Below, one piece after another: positions 1 through 14,700 of a stretch of DNA of 64,000 nucleotides (position 1 is its first letter; every line of letters starts with the position of its first letter). A program made the translations under genes and the position numbers. The notes under the pieces were generated by a model. It was not told the DNA's origin. It did not search any database and saw only the letters and a list, made by a program, of their open reading frames with translations. The stretch comes from Octopus sinensis (lineage: Eukaryota). The stretch covers positions 62,496,001 through 62,560,000 of the forward strand of contig NC_043001.1 of assembly GCF_006345805.1 (NCBI RefSeq), given 5' to 3'.

Positions 1-461
1 CCTTAGGTTACCTTCGTACCTTGCAGTGGGTTCATCTGGGATCCCGGAAAGCAGCTTGTCTAGATGTTTTTTGAAAATGTCCACATCCGCATCATGTAGA
101 TCTCTTAGTTTTCTTGGCAGTTTGTTGAAAAGCTGAGGCCCCTGAACCCCAGGCTATTACATTATCTGCTCCTTACCCTGGATGTGGAAGACGGGACCTT
201 TGGCACCCACAGTGACGTCCTGTACCGGGGATTGGAACAGCTCTCAATTCCAAAATTTGGTGCTAGTCCCTCCAGGATTTTCCATATGTATATCACTGCA
301 TATCTCTCTCGTCTTCGTTCCAAGGAGTACAATTGAGTTCCCTAAGCCTCTCCCAATAGTTCTTTCTTTCATGGTGGAAATCCTCTTGGTGAAATGTCTT
401 TGGATTGTCTCAAGCTCTGTGGTTAGTTTGACACTATGCGGTGACCACAGTTGGGAGCAGT
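1..461 (-). mobile_element. CR1/L2-group LINE, degraded 3' part of ORF2
   Basis: Reverse strand reads [24 protein letters not shown]...[21 protein letters not shown]...GPQLFNKLPRKLRDLHDADVDIFKKHLDKLLSGIPDEP with frameshifts. It is homologous to the LINE C-termini at ~36.4-36.9 kb and ~59.5-59.9 kb, and its 5' side abuts the (AT)n tract. Confidence 0.85.
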
Positions 462-2200
<1,739 letters not shown>

Positions 2201-2345
2201 CAAAAGCAATAAAGATTCAAGTTAATTTAAATGAATTTACTTGAATATGGTACCTAACTTAGATGCAACCAAAAAAACTATACTGTTTAACAATACAGTA
2301 ATGTGGGTGATTATAAGCGAGAAAGAAGCACAAGAATGGATAGGT

Positions 2346-2436
2346 TTTTAGTACAATCGTTTCATACAAGGACAGGCTTTATTAAAAGTTGTAAAAATTA
2401 CAACATATAAACGTGTCCCGTACTCATCAGCTAAAA
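2346..2436 (-). ncRNA. Type I hammerhead ribozyme with extended stem II
   Basis: ttttag-CTGATGA-[~60-nt hairpin stem II]-GAAA-cgattg-TA-ctaaaa. Stem I is 6 bp, the cleavage triplet is GUA, and stem III is near-palindromic (acgattgt). Confidence 0.75.
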
Positions 2437-3506
2437 TACAGTGAGTTCTCTAGACATCCTAGTGGTTGAGGCTATAGTCATGAAGTAATGTAGATAATTA
2501 AGTAACATAACAGATTTCCAAAGTTCATTAAAGTTCTTTAAAGATGATGTACACTCTTATCACCAGAATTTTAAAAAAGTTCTAATAGCATCACAGAGAA
2601 GATGACCTAATCCCATAGAGCACATTGAATTTCCAGAGATATGATGAGGGATTACATACTCACAGAAGACAAATTTATCCATTGTTAATCACAACGAGGT
2701 TGGGTCTCAATTCCTGCTTATTAGCATTACAGAGAGGGTGAATTAATCCTTTGTATAGATGCACAATTTCCAATGGTGTAGATGTAAGTTTCCAGAGAAA
2801 TGAAGAGGAATTTCATATTCACAGGCGATAAATTTATCAATGGTTGAACACAATGAGGTAAGTATCAATTCTTGTATATGATTAGGTATTTGCCACTTTA
2901 ATCACATTACTGCTATTTACAAGAGGCTGTAGCTATTTAACTTTTAAAGGCTGAAGGCTTTCTAGGGAGGCAAAGAATAGAAAGGGAATAGAAGAAAAGA
3001 GAGAAAAAAAAAGAAAGGAGGAGGGATCAAAAAGGGGGGGGGAAGGGACTAAAAAGAGAAGAAGAAAAGGAAAAGAGATAAGAAGAAACAGAAAAAAGAG
3101 AAAAGAGAAAAAATAGGGAAAGAAGGGAAAAAATAAAAAAAAAAAGAGGTTCTAGTTATACAGAAGAATTAGTAGACGGCAAGTCTGGTTTTAATTTACA
3201 GGCATCTAGGAACTAGAGGAGAATATTATTCTTTGGCCAGTAAAACAAATAATATTCTCCTCTAGTTCCTAGATGCCTGTAAATTAAAACCAGACTTGCC
3301 GTCTACTAATTCTTCTGTATAACTAGAACCCTCTTTTTTATTTTTATTTTTTCCCTTCTTTCCCTATTTAAAATTCTGTGATAAGAGTGTACATCATCTT
3401 TAAAGAACTTTAATGAACTTTGGAAATCTGTTTATGTTACTTAATTATCTACATTACTTCATGAGTATAGCCTCAACCACTAGGATGTCTAGAGAACTCA
3501 CATGTA

Positions 3507-3597
3507 TTTTAGCTGATGAGTACGGGACACGTTTATATGCTGTAATTTTTACAACTTTTAATAAAGCCTGTCCTTGTATGAAACGATTGTACTAAAA
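3507..3597 (+). ncRNA. Type I hammerhead ribozyme with extended stem II (inverted partner of 2346-2436)
   Basis: Stem I 3507-3512 pairs with 3592-3597; CTGATGA 3513-3519; GAAA 3580-3583; TA 3590-3591. Confidence 0.75.
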
Positions 3598-3972
3598 AAC
3601 CTATCCATTCTTGTTGCTTCTTTCTCGCGTATATATATATACAATATATATTATATATATATATATATTATATATATATATATATATTATATATATATAT
3701 ATACATTATATATATATATTAGAAAAAATGAGGTAATCAGATCGGATGGTTCATATTTGTAGATATTTATTTATACATTACATTTTTTACATATATATCA
3801 TATCATTCAGATCATATCATTTGGATTAGCAGTGCTTTCTCCCAATCTAGTGGGGTTTTCAAATCAAATCAATTGTGGGGAATTTGAGGGTGATGAGGAA
3901 GTGAGACAGAGAAAACATGTGTGTATGTGTATGTGTGTGTGTGTATATGTGTGTGTGTGTATGTGTGTATGT

Positions 3973-4003
<31 letters not shown>

Positions 4004-4399
4004 CGTGCGCGTTTATAACTGAGAGGGAAGAAGTGTTATTTCTGTTGACCTACTGGACCTCCTGTGGTTTTATAAGAATTTTGGCTCTGTCCATTTTGAT
4101 GTCACTGAGTGTGTGTTGTGTGTAGGTTGGCAAATGTCATTTGGGGTCACACTTTCTATGATCATTTTGTGGAGGTGTGTGTGTGTGTGTGTGTGTCTGT
4201 GTGTTTGGAGAAGGGGAGAGAGACAAAAAGAGAAAAGGGAAAATAAAAATAAAAATAAATATAAAAATAAAAATAAAAATTAAAAAAATAATTTTAAAAA
4301 AAATTTTAAAAAAAATTTTTTTAAATAAAAAATTTTAAAAAAATATAAAAAATAAATAAAAATAAAAATAAGGGAGGAAGTGGAGAAGAAAAAAATATT

Positions 4400-5030
4400 T
4401 TTGTGTGTTGATATTTATACCAATACATATATATGCACACACAGACTTATACATAAAATATTTGAAAAAAACCTTTTTATCGGTTCAAAATGAACAACCA
4501 AATTATACCATCTTGAAAATTGTATATCATAGGAAAGTTAAAATTAAAGTGACAATAAAAGGTAAAGATGGAAGTGGGAATTATAAGAAAAAATAGATAA
4601 TATAATATAATGTATATAACAGGCAATACACAATCTATACACAAACAGATATATATATATACATATACACACAGACATATACTAAATGTTCTACTATATT
4701 AGATTGTAAATCGAAAGATGCGTCCTCAATGTCACTATATATATATATATACATGCTTACACATGAAATATTAGGGAAAAATCCACCTTCTAACGAATCA
4801 AAATGAACAATCAAGTTACACCATCTTGAAAATTGCATATCATAGGAAGGTTAAGTTAGAATGACAATTGGCAAGTAAAGATCAAGTAAATTGCAAAAAC
4901 ATATAATGTATGTAACAGGAACATATACACACACACACACCTATATATATATACATACACACATATATTAAATGTTCCACGTATCATATTGTAAATCTAA
5001 AAAAAATTTTTTTGTCCTTCAATGTATTGA
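4400..5030. repeat. Diverged ~300-bp tandem duplication with embedded short microsatellites
   Basis: aaaatgaacaa...ccatcttgaaaattg.atatcatagg occurs at ~4488 and ~4800; taaatgttc...ttgtaaatc occurs at ~4683 and ~4968. Confidence 0.7.
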
Positions 5031-5044
5031 GTAAAGTTTCAGCC

Positions 5045-5104
<60 letters not shown>

Positions 5105-5186
5105 GGTCCCGGGTTGAGTCGGGGTTAACCACAGTCAATAAGGTACTCAATACATAGCAGAGTAAATTAATTTATTTTATAGAAGG

Positions 5187-5237
5187 AGCTTCTACAGGAC
5201 TAGAACTGTTTCATTCAAAAGAAATCATCAGGAAGCT
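5187..5237 (-). ncRNA. Type I hammerhead ribozyme (family F1)
   Basis: Reverse complement: agcttc-CTGATGA-tttcttttgaat-GAAA-cag-ttctagtc-ctg-TA-gaagct. Confidence 0.85.
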
Positions 5238-6859
5238 AGTAGACAAGAGTTGTTTTGGCATTTATACATTTAGGCAGGTTTAAATGGGTGGTGGTGGGGG
5301 ACTTTTTTGGGGGGTAGGCATGGCGCAAAACTGTCATTATAAGGGGAGTGGTCAAAGGAATCGTTGGTAAAGTAGATAATAGAATAAATAAAAGAATAAA
5401 AAAATAAAATAAAAAGATAAAAAAATATAAATAGAAAAATAGGGTTTTAGGTAAGTAGGGAGACTCTCACTTGTACATCTACATATATATATATACACAT
5501 ATATACACCCGCATATTCACATATATCTATACATATACATACATACCCACATATACATACATATATATATATATATACATACATACACATACATATACAT
5601 ATATATATTTTCCCTCACTTAACTTGTCTCTTCCTCTCTCTCTCATTCTTCATTCTCTCTCTCCCTTTCACCATTCTTCATGGTCTCCTCGCACCATTCC
5701 CCTTCTCTCTCTTCCTCTTGCTCCTCCTCCCCCATTCCCGTCGTCCATCTGCGACGATACTTCCGTCGTAACTGCTATCCTGTCTTTTCTCGCCCGCCTT
5801 CTAAGGCTACTGGTCGACATTTTTTCTCTCTCGTCGTCCACTATAATCCAGCGTTTGCAATACTTTTTTCGTCTGGCGTTAACAGCCCTTCTTATCTTGT
5901 TCTCCTTGTCCTGTCTCTCACTGTTATATATTTATTTTTCACTATTTATATATATATTTTTTACTGTTTATATGTTTGTACTGTCGTTACCGTCTTGCTT
6001 TTTTTACCCCTCTGCGAAAAGATCTCAGAATTTAATTGATTTGCTTTTCGCAGGAAGGAAGTTTTCTTCGAAGTACGTCTCGCTTTTATCCTTCGAAACG
6101 TTTAGTAGATGAAACCTTAGCGACTGAAGAAGGGGATTTTTCGTTGTGCTTATTGTCCTGTATCTCTTTTTTTTTTTGCTTGTCTTGTTCCTTGGTTTGT
6201 GTCTATGTTTTTCGTCTCTCTATGTGTTCGACGTCTTTTTGGTGTCCTGTACACATATATGCGTGTATATGTACATGTAGAGGTAGGTACGTACATATAT
6301 GTTCTATTTTATTAACATATATATATATACATACATATACATACATACATACACATACCCATGTACGTACACACAGATACACATATACATACATATACAT
6401 ATATATGTATACCCACTCGCACAATATATACAAATGCATATACATGCACACACATACACACACATTTTTATTCTCTTATTTTAATTTTATTATTACTGCT
6501 TTTTGTTTATATCTTTATTTTTATTTTTATCTTGACCGGTCAATCGGTCTCAAGGGATGATCTAAAGATTCCGTTTATCTGTCTACTTACTTATACGAAG
6601 AACACACACGCCCTTATTTATTTTGCCCTTATTTATTGTTGTGTGTGTATATATATACGCCCACACACTCACATGTACACACACGTATGTGTTATATTCA
6701 TACACGCATACATCTACATACATTTACGTATATTCACATACACGCATACACATACATACCTCAACACACTCACAGAAGACTAGTCCATACATATACACTA
6801 ATTAATATATATACACATATACATATACACATACATACACATACATACATATACAGTAT

Positions 6860-7096
6860 GAGTGCGTGTATGTGTATTTGTATGTACATGTGTATGGGTG
6901 TATGTGTGTGGTTTTTATATTTTATATGTTTTTATACATATATATATATATATATATGAATGTGTATATATATGTGTATATATATGTGTATGTATGTGTA
7001 TGTATATATGTGTATATATGTGTGTATGTCTGTGTATGTATGTATGTGTGTATATATATATATTTATATGTATATGTATGTGTATGTGTATGTATA

Positions 7097-7137
<41 letters not shown>

Positions 7138-7491
7138 GTGTACGCTCGTGTGTTTAGGTATATGTAAGTATGTAGAGTTGTGTGTATGTGTATGTATATA
7201 TATATATATATATATATGTGTAGATGGGTATATACGTGTATGCTTATATGTATGTTTCCGTCTGTACAAAGGGTAACTGCATGTGTATATATATCTATTA
7301 TTTATTATTCATTATTTATTACACGAGTATGCGTTTGTATGCATGTATGTATTTATGTATATAAGGAGGCGCGTGAGTGTGTGTATGTGTATGCATTTGT
7401 ATAAACATATGTATACATTTATGCATGTATGTGCTTGTGTGTATATATATGTGTGTATGTATGTATGTATATATACACACATATATATATA

Positions 7492-7530
<39 letters not shown>

Positions 7531-7762
7531 ATGTATATATATATGTGTGTGTAATGTATATATAGATATATATATGTATATATATATGTATATGTATGTG
7601 TATGTATGTGTATGTGTGTGTATGTGTATGTATGTATGTATATGTATGTATGTATGTGTATATGTGTGTGTATGTATGTGTATGTATGTGTATGTATGTA
7701 TGTCTGTATATGTATATATATATGTATATGTATATATGTATATATATATATATGTATATATA

Positions 7763-7797
<35 letters not shown>

Positions 7798-8495
7798 GTG
7801 TACACTCGTGTGTTTAAGTATATGTAAGTATGTAGAGTTATGTGTATGTACATGTATGTATGTATATATGCATATGTGCAGATAGGTATATAAGTGTATG
7901 CTTATATGTATGTTTCCATCTGTACAAAGGGTAACTGCATGTGTATATATATCTATTATTTATTATTCATTATTTATTACATGAGTATGCGTTTGTATGC
8001 ATGTATGTATTTATGTATATAAGGAGGCGCGTGAGTGTGTGTATGCGTATGCATTTGTATAAATATATGTATACATTTATGCATGTATGTGCTTGTGTGT
8101 ATGTGTATGTATATGTATATATATATATGTGTGTATATATACACATGTATATATATATATATGTATATATATGTATATATATATATGTATGTATATGTAT
8201 ATGTGTGTGTATGTGTATGTGTATATATATATGTGTAGATGTGTGTGTAATGTATATATATATATATATATATAATATATGTGTGTGTATGTGTGTGTAT
8301 GTGTATGTGTATATGTATATATATGTGTGTGTAATGTATATATAGATATATATATGTATATATATATGTATATGTATGTGTATGTATGTATATGTGTGTG
8401 TATGTGTATGTATGTATGTATATGTATGTATGTATGTGTATATGTGTGTGTATGTATGTGTATGTATGTAAATGTATGTATGTCTGTATATGTAT

Positions 8496-8527
<32 letters not shown>

Positions 8528-9019
8528 GTATATATATGTATGTGTGTATATATATATATATGTGTGTACGCTCGTGTGTTTAAGTATATGTAAGTATGTA
8601 GAATTATGTGTATGTACATGTATGTATGTATATATGCATATGTGCAGATAGGTATATACGTGTATGCTTATATGTATGTTTCCGTCTGTACAAAGGGTAA
8701 CTGCATGTGTATATATATCTATTATTTATTATTCATTATTTATTACATGAGTATGCGTTTGTATGCATGTATGTATTTATGTATATAAGGAGGCGCGTGA
8801 GTGTGTGTGTATGCGTATGCATTTGTATAAATATATGTATACATTATGCATGTATGTGCTTGTGTGTATGTGTATGTATATGTATATATATATATATGTG
8901 TGTATATATACACATGTATATATATATATGTATATATATGTATATATATATATGTATGTATATGTATATGTGTGTGTATGTGTATGTGTATATATATATG
9001 TGTAGATGTGTGTGTAATG

Positions 9020-9060
<41 letters not shown>

Positions 9061-9530
9061 ATGTGTGTGTATGTGTGTATGTGTATATGGATGTGTATAT
9101 ATATATGTGTGTGTATGTGTATGTGTATGTATATATATATGTATATATATATACATATATATATATGTATATATATATGTAGGTATGTAGAGTTATGTGT
9201 GTATGTATGTATATATACATATGTGTAAATAGGTATATATGGGTATGTTTATATGTATGTATCCGTTTGTATAATGGGTAACTGCACGTATATATATTCA
9301 TTATTTTTATTATTATTATTATTATCATTATTATTGTTATTATTATTATTAGTTGAGTATGCATGTATCCCGTTTTATATATATATATATATATATGTAT
9401 ATGTATATGTATATGTGTGTGTATATATGTATGAGTGTATATGTGTATGTATATGTATATGAGTATATATGTATATATATATATATGTATATATGTATGT
9501 ATATGTATGTATGTGTATGTATGTGTATAT
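6860..9530. repeat. Tandem array of ~660-770-bp microsatellite-rich units (3 units plus 1 diverged partial)
   Basis: Anchor aaggaggcgcgtgag at ~7362, 8021 and 8787; ctcgtgtgttta.gtatatgtaagtatgtag at ~7145, 7805 and 8570. Confidence 0.85.
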
Positions 9531-10360
9531 GTATATGTGTATATATATTAATTAGTGTATATGTATGGACTAGTCTTCTGTGAGTGTGTTGAGGTATGTA
9601 TGTGTATGCGTGTATGTGAATATACGTAAATGTATGTAGATGTATGCGTGTATGAATATAACACGTACGTGTGTGTACGTGTGAGTGTGTGGGCGTGAGT
9701 GAGTGCCTGAGTTCTTGGTATAAGTAAGTAGACAGATAAACGGAATCTTTAGATCGTCCCTTGAGACCGATTGACCGGTCAAGATAAAAATAAAAATAAA
9801 TATATAAACAAAAAGCAGTAATAATAAAATTAAAATAAGAGAATAAAAATGTGTGTGTATGTGTGTGCATGTATATGCATTTGTATATATTTGTGCGAGT
9901 GGGTATACATATATGTATGTATATGTATGTATATGTGTATCTGTGTGTACGTACATGGGTATGTGTATGTATGTATGTATATGTATGTATATATATATGT
10001 ATATGTATGTGTATGTATGTATATATATATATATATGTATATGTGGGTATGTATGTATATGTATAGATATATGTGAATATGCGGGTGTATATATGTGTAT
10101 ATACATATATATATGTAGATGTACAAGTGAGAGTCTCCCTACTTACCTAAAACCCTATTTTTCTATTTATATTTTTTTATCTTTTTATTTTATTTTTTTT
10201 ATTCTTTTATTTATTCTATTATCTACTTTACCAACGATTCCTTTGACCACTCCCCTTATAATGACAGTTTTGTGCCATGCCTACCCCCCAAAAAAGTCCC
10301 CCACCACCACCGATTTAAACCTGCCTAAATGTATAAATGCCAAAACAACTCTTGTCTACT

Positions 10361-10411
10361 AGCTTCCTGATGATTTCTTTTGAATGAAACAGTTCTAGTC
10401 CTGTAGAAGCT
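10361..10411 (+). ncRNA. Type I hammerhead ribozyme (family F1)
   Basis: Stem I 10361-10366 pairs with 10406-10411; CTGATGA 10367-10373; GAAA 10386-10389; stem III cag/ctg; GUA cleavage triplet at 10403-10405. Confidence 0.87.
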
Positions 10412-10427
10412 CCTTCTATAAAATAAA

Positions 10428-10463
<36 letters not shown>

Positions 10464-10847
10464 TCATTGATATTTATTTATACATGTAGGTGTATTCGTA
10501 TAACTCACTTGGCAAACTACCCCATATAATATTACATTCCTTTTATCTCTATCCAAACCTGAATATTCTTTATTTTATATAATTGCAATTAACTTTATAA
10601 CTGGATTTGGTTAAAAAGAGACGATGAATGATGGCTAGAAGAATATTGAGCTTTATTTAATAACCAGTTGATCAAGCAAGTGGGGCTGTTGCATGTTGAT
10701 GCCATCGAGAGGTAGGCCCTGAAACGGCGCACATTCTCTCCTGATGACCCCATACACTTGCTGGCCTCGGGCATGTGGAGTTTTCATCTGGTAGCACTTG
10801 CATGAGCAAGTTATTTGCAAAGCATATATTTATAATACTGCCCATAC

Positions 10848-11228
10848 TAGTAGGGTGCCAAGAGCACCATCAGAGTGTGATCGTTGCCAGAGTGGCTAAC
10901 TGGCTTCCGTGCCGGTGACATGTAAAAGGGCACCATTCGAGCGTGATTGTTACCAGCGTCGCCTTACTGGCACCTGTTCTGGTGGCATGTGTAAAAAGAA
11001 TCGAGCGAGGTCATTGCCAGTACCGCCTGACTGGCCCCTGTGCCGGTGGCACGTATAAAGCACCCACTACACTCTCGGAGTGGTTGGCGTTAGGAAGGAC
11101 ATCCAGCTGTAGAAACTCTGCCAGATCAAGATTGGAGCCTGATGCAGCCATCTGGTTCGTCAGCCCTCAGTCAAAATCATCCAACCCATGCTAGCATGGA
11201 AGGCAGATGTTAAACGATGATAATGATG
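10848..11228 (+). mobile_element. RTE LINE 3' UTR fragment
   Basis: Matches the 3' UTR of the RTE at ~48.5-49.0 kb (gcacccactacactctcggagtggttggcgttaggaagg...ccatgctagcatgg...gttaaacgatga). Confidence 0.8.
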
Positions 11229-11549
11229 TTTATTAAATTCCTTTCATCTCTATCCTAACCTGAACACTCTTTGTTTCTCTATAATTGCAATTAACTTTAT
11301 AACTGGATTTGGTTAAAAAGAGACGATGAATGATGGCTAGAAGAATATTGAGCTTTATTTAATAACCAGTTGATCAAGCAAGTGGGGCTGTTGCATGTTG
11401 ATGCCATCGAGAGGTAGGCCCTGAAACGGCGCACATTCTCTCCTGATGACCCCATACACTTGCTGGCCTCGGGCATGTGGAGTTTTCATCTGGTAGCACT
11501 TGCATGAGCAAGTTATTTGCAAAGCATATATTTATAATACTGCCCATAC

Positions 11550-11930
11550 TAGTAGGGTGCCAAGAGCACCATCAGAGTGTGATCGTTGCCAGAGTGGCTA
11601 ACTGGCTTCCGTGCCGGTGACATGTAAAAGGGCACCATTCGAGCGTGATTGTTACCAGCGTCGCCTTACTGGCACCTGTTCTGGTGGCATGTGTAAAAAG
11701 AATCGAGCGAGGTCATTGCCAGTACCGCCTGACTGGCCCCTGTGCCGGTGGCACGTATAAAGCACCCACTACACTCTCGGAGTGGTTGGCGTTAGGAAGG
11801 ACATCCAGCTGTAGAAACTCTGCCAGATCAAGATTGGAGCCTGATGCAGCCATCTGGTTCGTCAGCCCTCAGTCAAAATCATCCAACCCATGCTAGCATG
11901 GAAGGCAGATGTTAAACGATGATAATGATG
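11550..11930 (+). mobile_element. RTE LINE 3' UTR fragment (duplicated copy)
   Basis: Second copy within the 702-bp duplication. Confidence 0.8.
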
Positions 11931-12289
11931 TTTATTAAATTCCTTTCATCTCTATCCTAACCTGAACACTCTTTGTTTCTCTATAATTGCAATTAACTTT
12001 AATTTCTAACCACATTAATTATTCTACAAGTCCTCCCTAACGTATAGCTCCCTAAATAACTGAGCCCTTTTTTGTAACTTTATAATCATATATTCATATG
12101 CATAATGATATGTATATTTATGCATATGGGTGTGTACATGTGTGTGGATATGTATGCATGTGTATTTGATTCCATTTGTATTTATATATGTGTATGTATG
12201 TATGTGTATACCTATGTTCATATATATGTGTTTTGTGTTTATTGCCATGATTGACAGCTAATTCCAAAAGTTTTTTTTATTCTCTCTCT

Positions 12290-14280
12290 TATTCTCTCTT
12301 AATGTATAAGATATATACAGCATGTTTAAACCTCTTCCTCCAAGATCATTGTGAAACCAATAACATTATTACAGCAGAACAAGCAGCTGGGAAGAAGGGA
12401 GTCTGGGGATGTGCCGAGCAATTGCTAATCAACAAAACTGTGATGTCAGAGGTGCGAGAGCATAGGAGGAACCTAGTTTCAATGTAGCTAGATTACAAGA
12501 AAGCATTTGACTCTGTTCCCCACTCATGGATGCTAGAAGCCCTTCAACTTGCTAAAGTTCCAGTGAGAATAGTCAAAGCCATAGCTAACCTGACTTCATC
12601 ACGGGCCACCATCTTGAAATTAAACACAAAGAGTGACTGTATTATCACTGATAGAATATAATATTGCAAAGACATATTCCAAGGAGACAGCCTCTCTGTG
12701 ATGTTGTTTATACTTTCTGTAAACCCCTTGTCATTCATGTTAAAGAAGTCTGAAGGATATCTCACTGGTTCACAAGGAACCAGAAATACCAAAATTACGC
12801 ACTGTTTCTTTGTGGATGACTTAAAACTTTATGCAAAGAACATGCATGAAATGAAAAAGAACCTTGACCTAGTTACAATATTCTCAAAGGATGTAAAGTT
12901 GGAGTTTGGTCAGGATAAATGTTATCATATGGTTGTGAAAAGGGGGGGGGACTATAAACCAGACTAGTAACATTTCCATCAATGATTTGACTGTTTCCCC
13001 TGTATCTAATGAGGAATGTTACAGGTATCTAGGGGTGGATGAAAATATATCTTACAATGGCACCTGTAACAAAATATGTGTTACTAAAGAATATTACAGC
13101 CAAATAAAGAAAATTTGGACCTCAGAACTCTCTGCATTCAATAAAACAGTGGTCCACAATGTGCTTGCAGTGCCAGTACTCATAAAAACTTTTGGGCTGC
13201 TTGATTGGATGCTTCTGAGCCATTGATGTGAAAAGCCAAAAAATACTAACAAGCACACATAATTTCCACATAAACAGTGACATAGACTGCCTCTATCTAA
13301 AACGTAAACAAGGCGGCAAAGGCTTAACATTGATCCAAAATGCCTTTGAATGTCACATCATATCCCTTCGCCAACATCTTTTAACCACCAAGTTAGCATA
13401 CATGAGGCTGATAACATCATAAGACTCGGAAGTCATCCACTTGAGCAACATATCATCAGATGAATGGATGGGCCTATATGAGCAGAAGAGTATGCATGGT
13501 TTTGTTAGTAGAAAGCTCCATGATGATAATAACATCAATCATCAAAGCAGTTTATCATGGACGAATAGCTGAATTACTACCTCCCACTTTGAAAGGTATG
13601 AGTTTGCAAACCAGGAACAGGAAATATCAACCAAGTACCTGATGCATGAAAGGGATAGAGATGCAGGAAAAGCCATAAAATATGACAACTGATGCAGACT
13701 TTGTGGAGTTCACACTGAAGATATCACTCACATCATAAGCAGTTGTCTGAAAATGTCATCACAGTATGATCTACTGATGTGACATAACGTTATAGCTAGG
13801 ACACTTTGTAATGAAATCTGTTGAAAGGATAATATCGAGGACAAAGAAATAAGAACCCACTATATGGTAGAAGCCATAGCCACTCATAATGAAAAGGAAT
13901 ACTGGTGAAGACCTCAATAAAATGTAAGCACAACAGACCTGATATAATGATTTGAGATAAAGAGAAACTGTGCACATTTGTGGAAATTAGCTGTCCAGTG
14001 GATGTTAACATAAAGCTGAAGACCAGTGAAAAAGAGAACACCTATGCTGAACTATTGAGAAATCTTCAATTACTCTATCCAGATTATAAGTTCAGGTTTA
14101 TACCTGTAATTATTGGGGCACTGGGATATGTAACACACTGCTTAAATACCAATCTTGAGAAATTAGGCTTCTCAAAATCAGAAAGGAGAAAGCTAATTTG
14201 AAGACTACAGATCCAATCCATCACTGGAACTGTAAAAATCTGTAAAACTTTCCAGAAGTTTATCATTTAAGTATATATGA
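12290..14280 (+). mobile_element. R4/Dong-like RLE-type non-LTR retrotransposon, 5'-truncated and degenerate
   Basis: RT motifs EQAAGKKGVWGCAEQLLIN, DYKKAFDSVPH, FQGDSLS and FVDDLKLY; CCHC knuckle CRLC...HIISSC; restriction-like endonuclease RPD...VEISCP...EKENTY...PVIIGALG. Many stops and frameshifts. Confidence 0.85.
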
Positions 14281-14502
14281 GCATGTCTAGATATGTAACT
14301 ATATGGATGAGAATACATACATAAAAGATAAAAATCTGCATGCATGCATGCACATGCACACACACACACACACATACATACAAACTAAAATACCCTGTTG
14401 TTGATGTTGAAATTCCAATGAAGGAACCTTTCATCTAGGTTAGAAAAATCAACTGAATAATGACATACATATGTATGTTTTTTCAAACTTATGTACATTT
14501 TG

Positions 14503-14700
14503 CATCATCATCAGTAGCAGCAGCATTTAATGTCTGTTTTCCATGCTAGCATGGGTCGTATAGCTTAGCAGGAACTAGCAAGGCCAGGGCAATCACCAGA
14601 TTACATAGTCTGATTTGGCTTGGTTTCTATGGCTGGATGCTCTTCCTAATGCCAACCACTCCACAGAGTGCTTTTTTATGTGGCACCATCACCAATGCCT
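14503..14700 (-). mobile_element. Old RTE 3' UTR fragment
   Basis: Reverse complement of the same RTE tail (gagtggttggcattaggaagagcatccagc...catgctagcatggaaaacagacattaaatg). Confidence 0.7.

Larger units (their letters stand above)
5103..10435. mobile_element. Non-coding, hammerhead-bearing palindromic element P1 (putative non-autonomous Penelope derivative)
   Basis: Left arm ~5103-6860 is inverted at ~9530-10435; the right arm lacks ~5620-6320. Each arm has a hammerhead, both outer ends lie in (AT)n, and the family matches the elements at 37-40 kb. Confidence 0.75.
10578..12001. repeat. 702-bp direct tandem duplication
   Basis: Identical ORF translations at 10943 and 11645 (offset 702); the sequence identity appears to run from 10578 to 12001. 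Confidence 0.92.

Noticed and set aside
4200-4400. A/T-rich run (aaaataaaaat...tttt) resembling a terminator or structured element
   Set aside because: Low-complexity sequence, possibly poorly resolved; no conserved structure.
6060-6135. Possible permuted (type II) hammerhead: GAAAcg...CTGAAGA
   Set aside because: Stems I and II cannot be formed without using core nucleotides.
10700-10780. GAAAC and CTGATGA close together
   Set aside because: No complementary stem II or valid cleavage triplet in any topology I tried.
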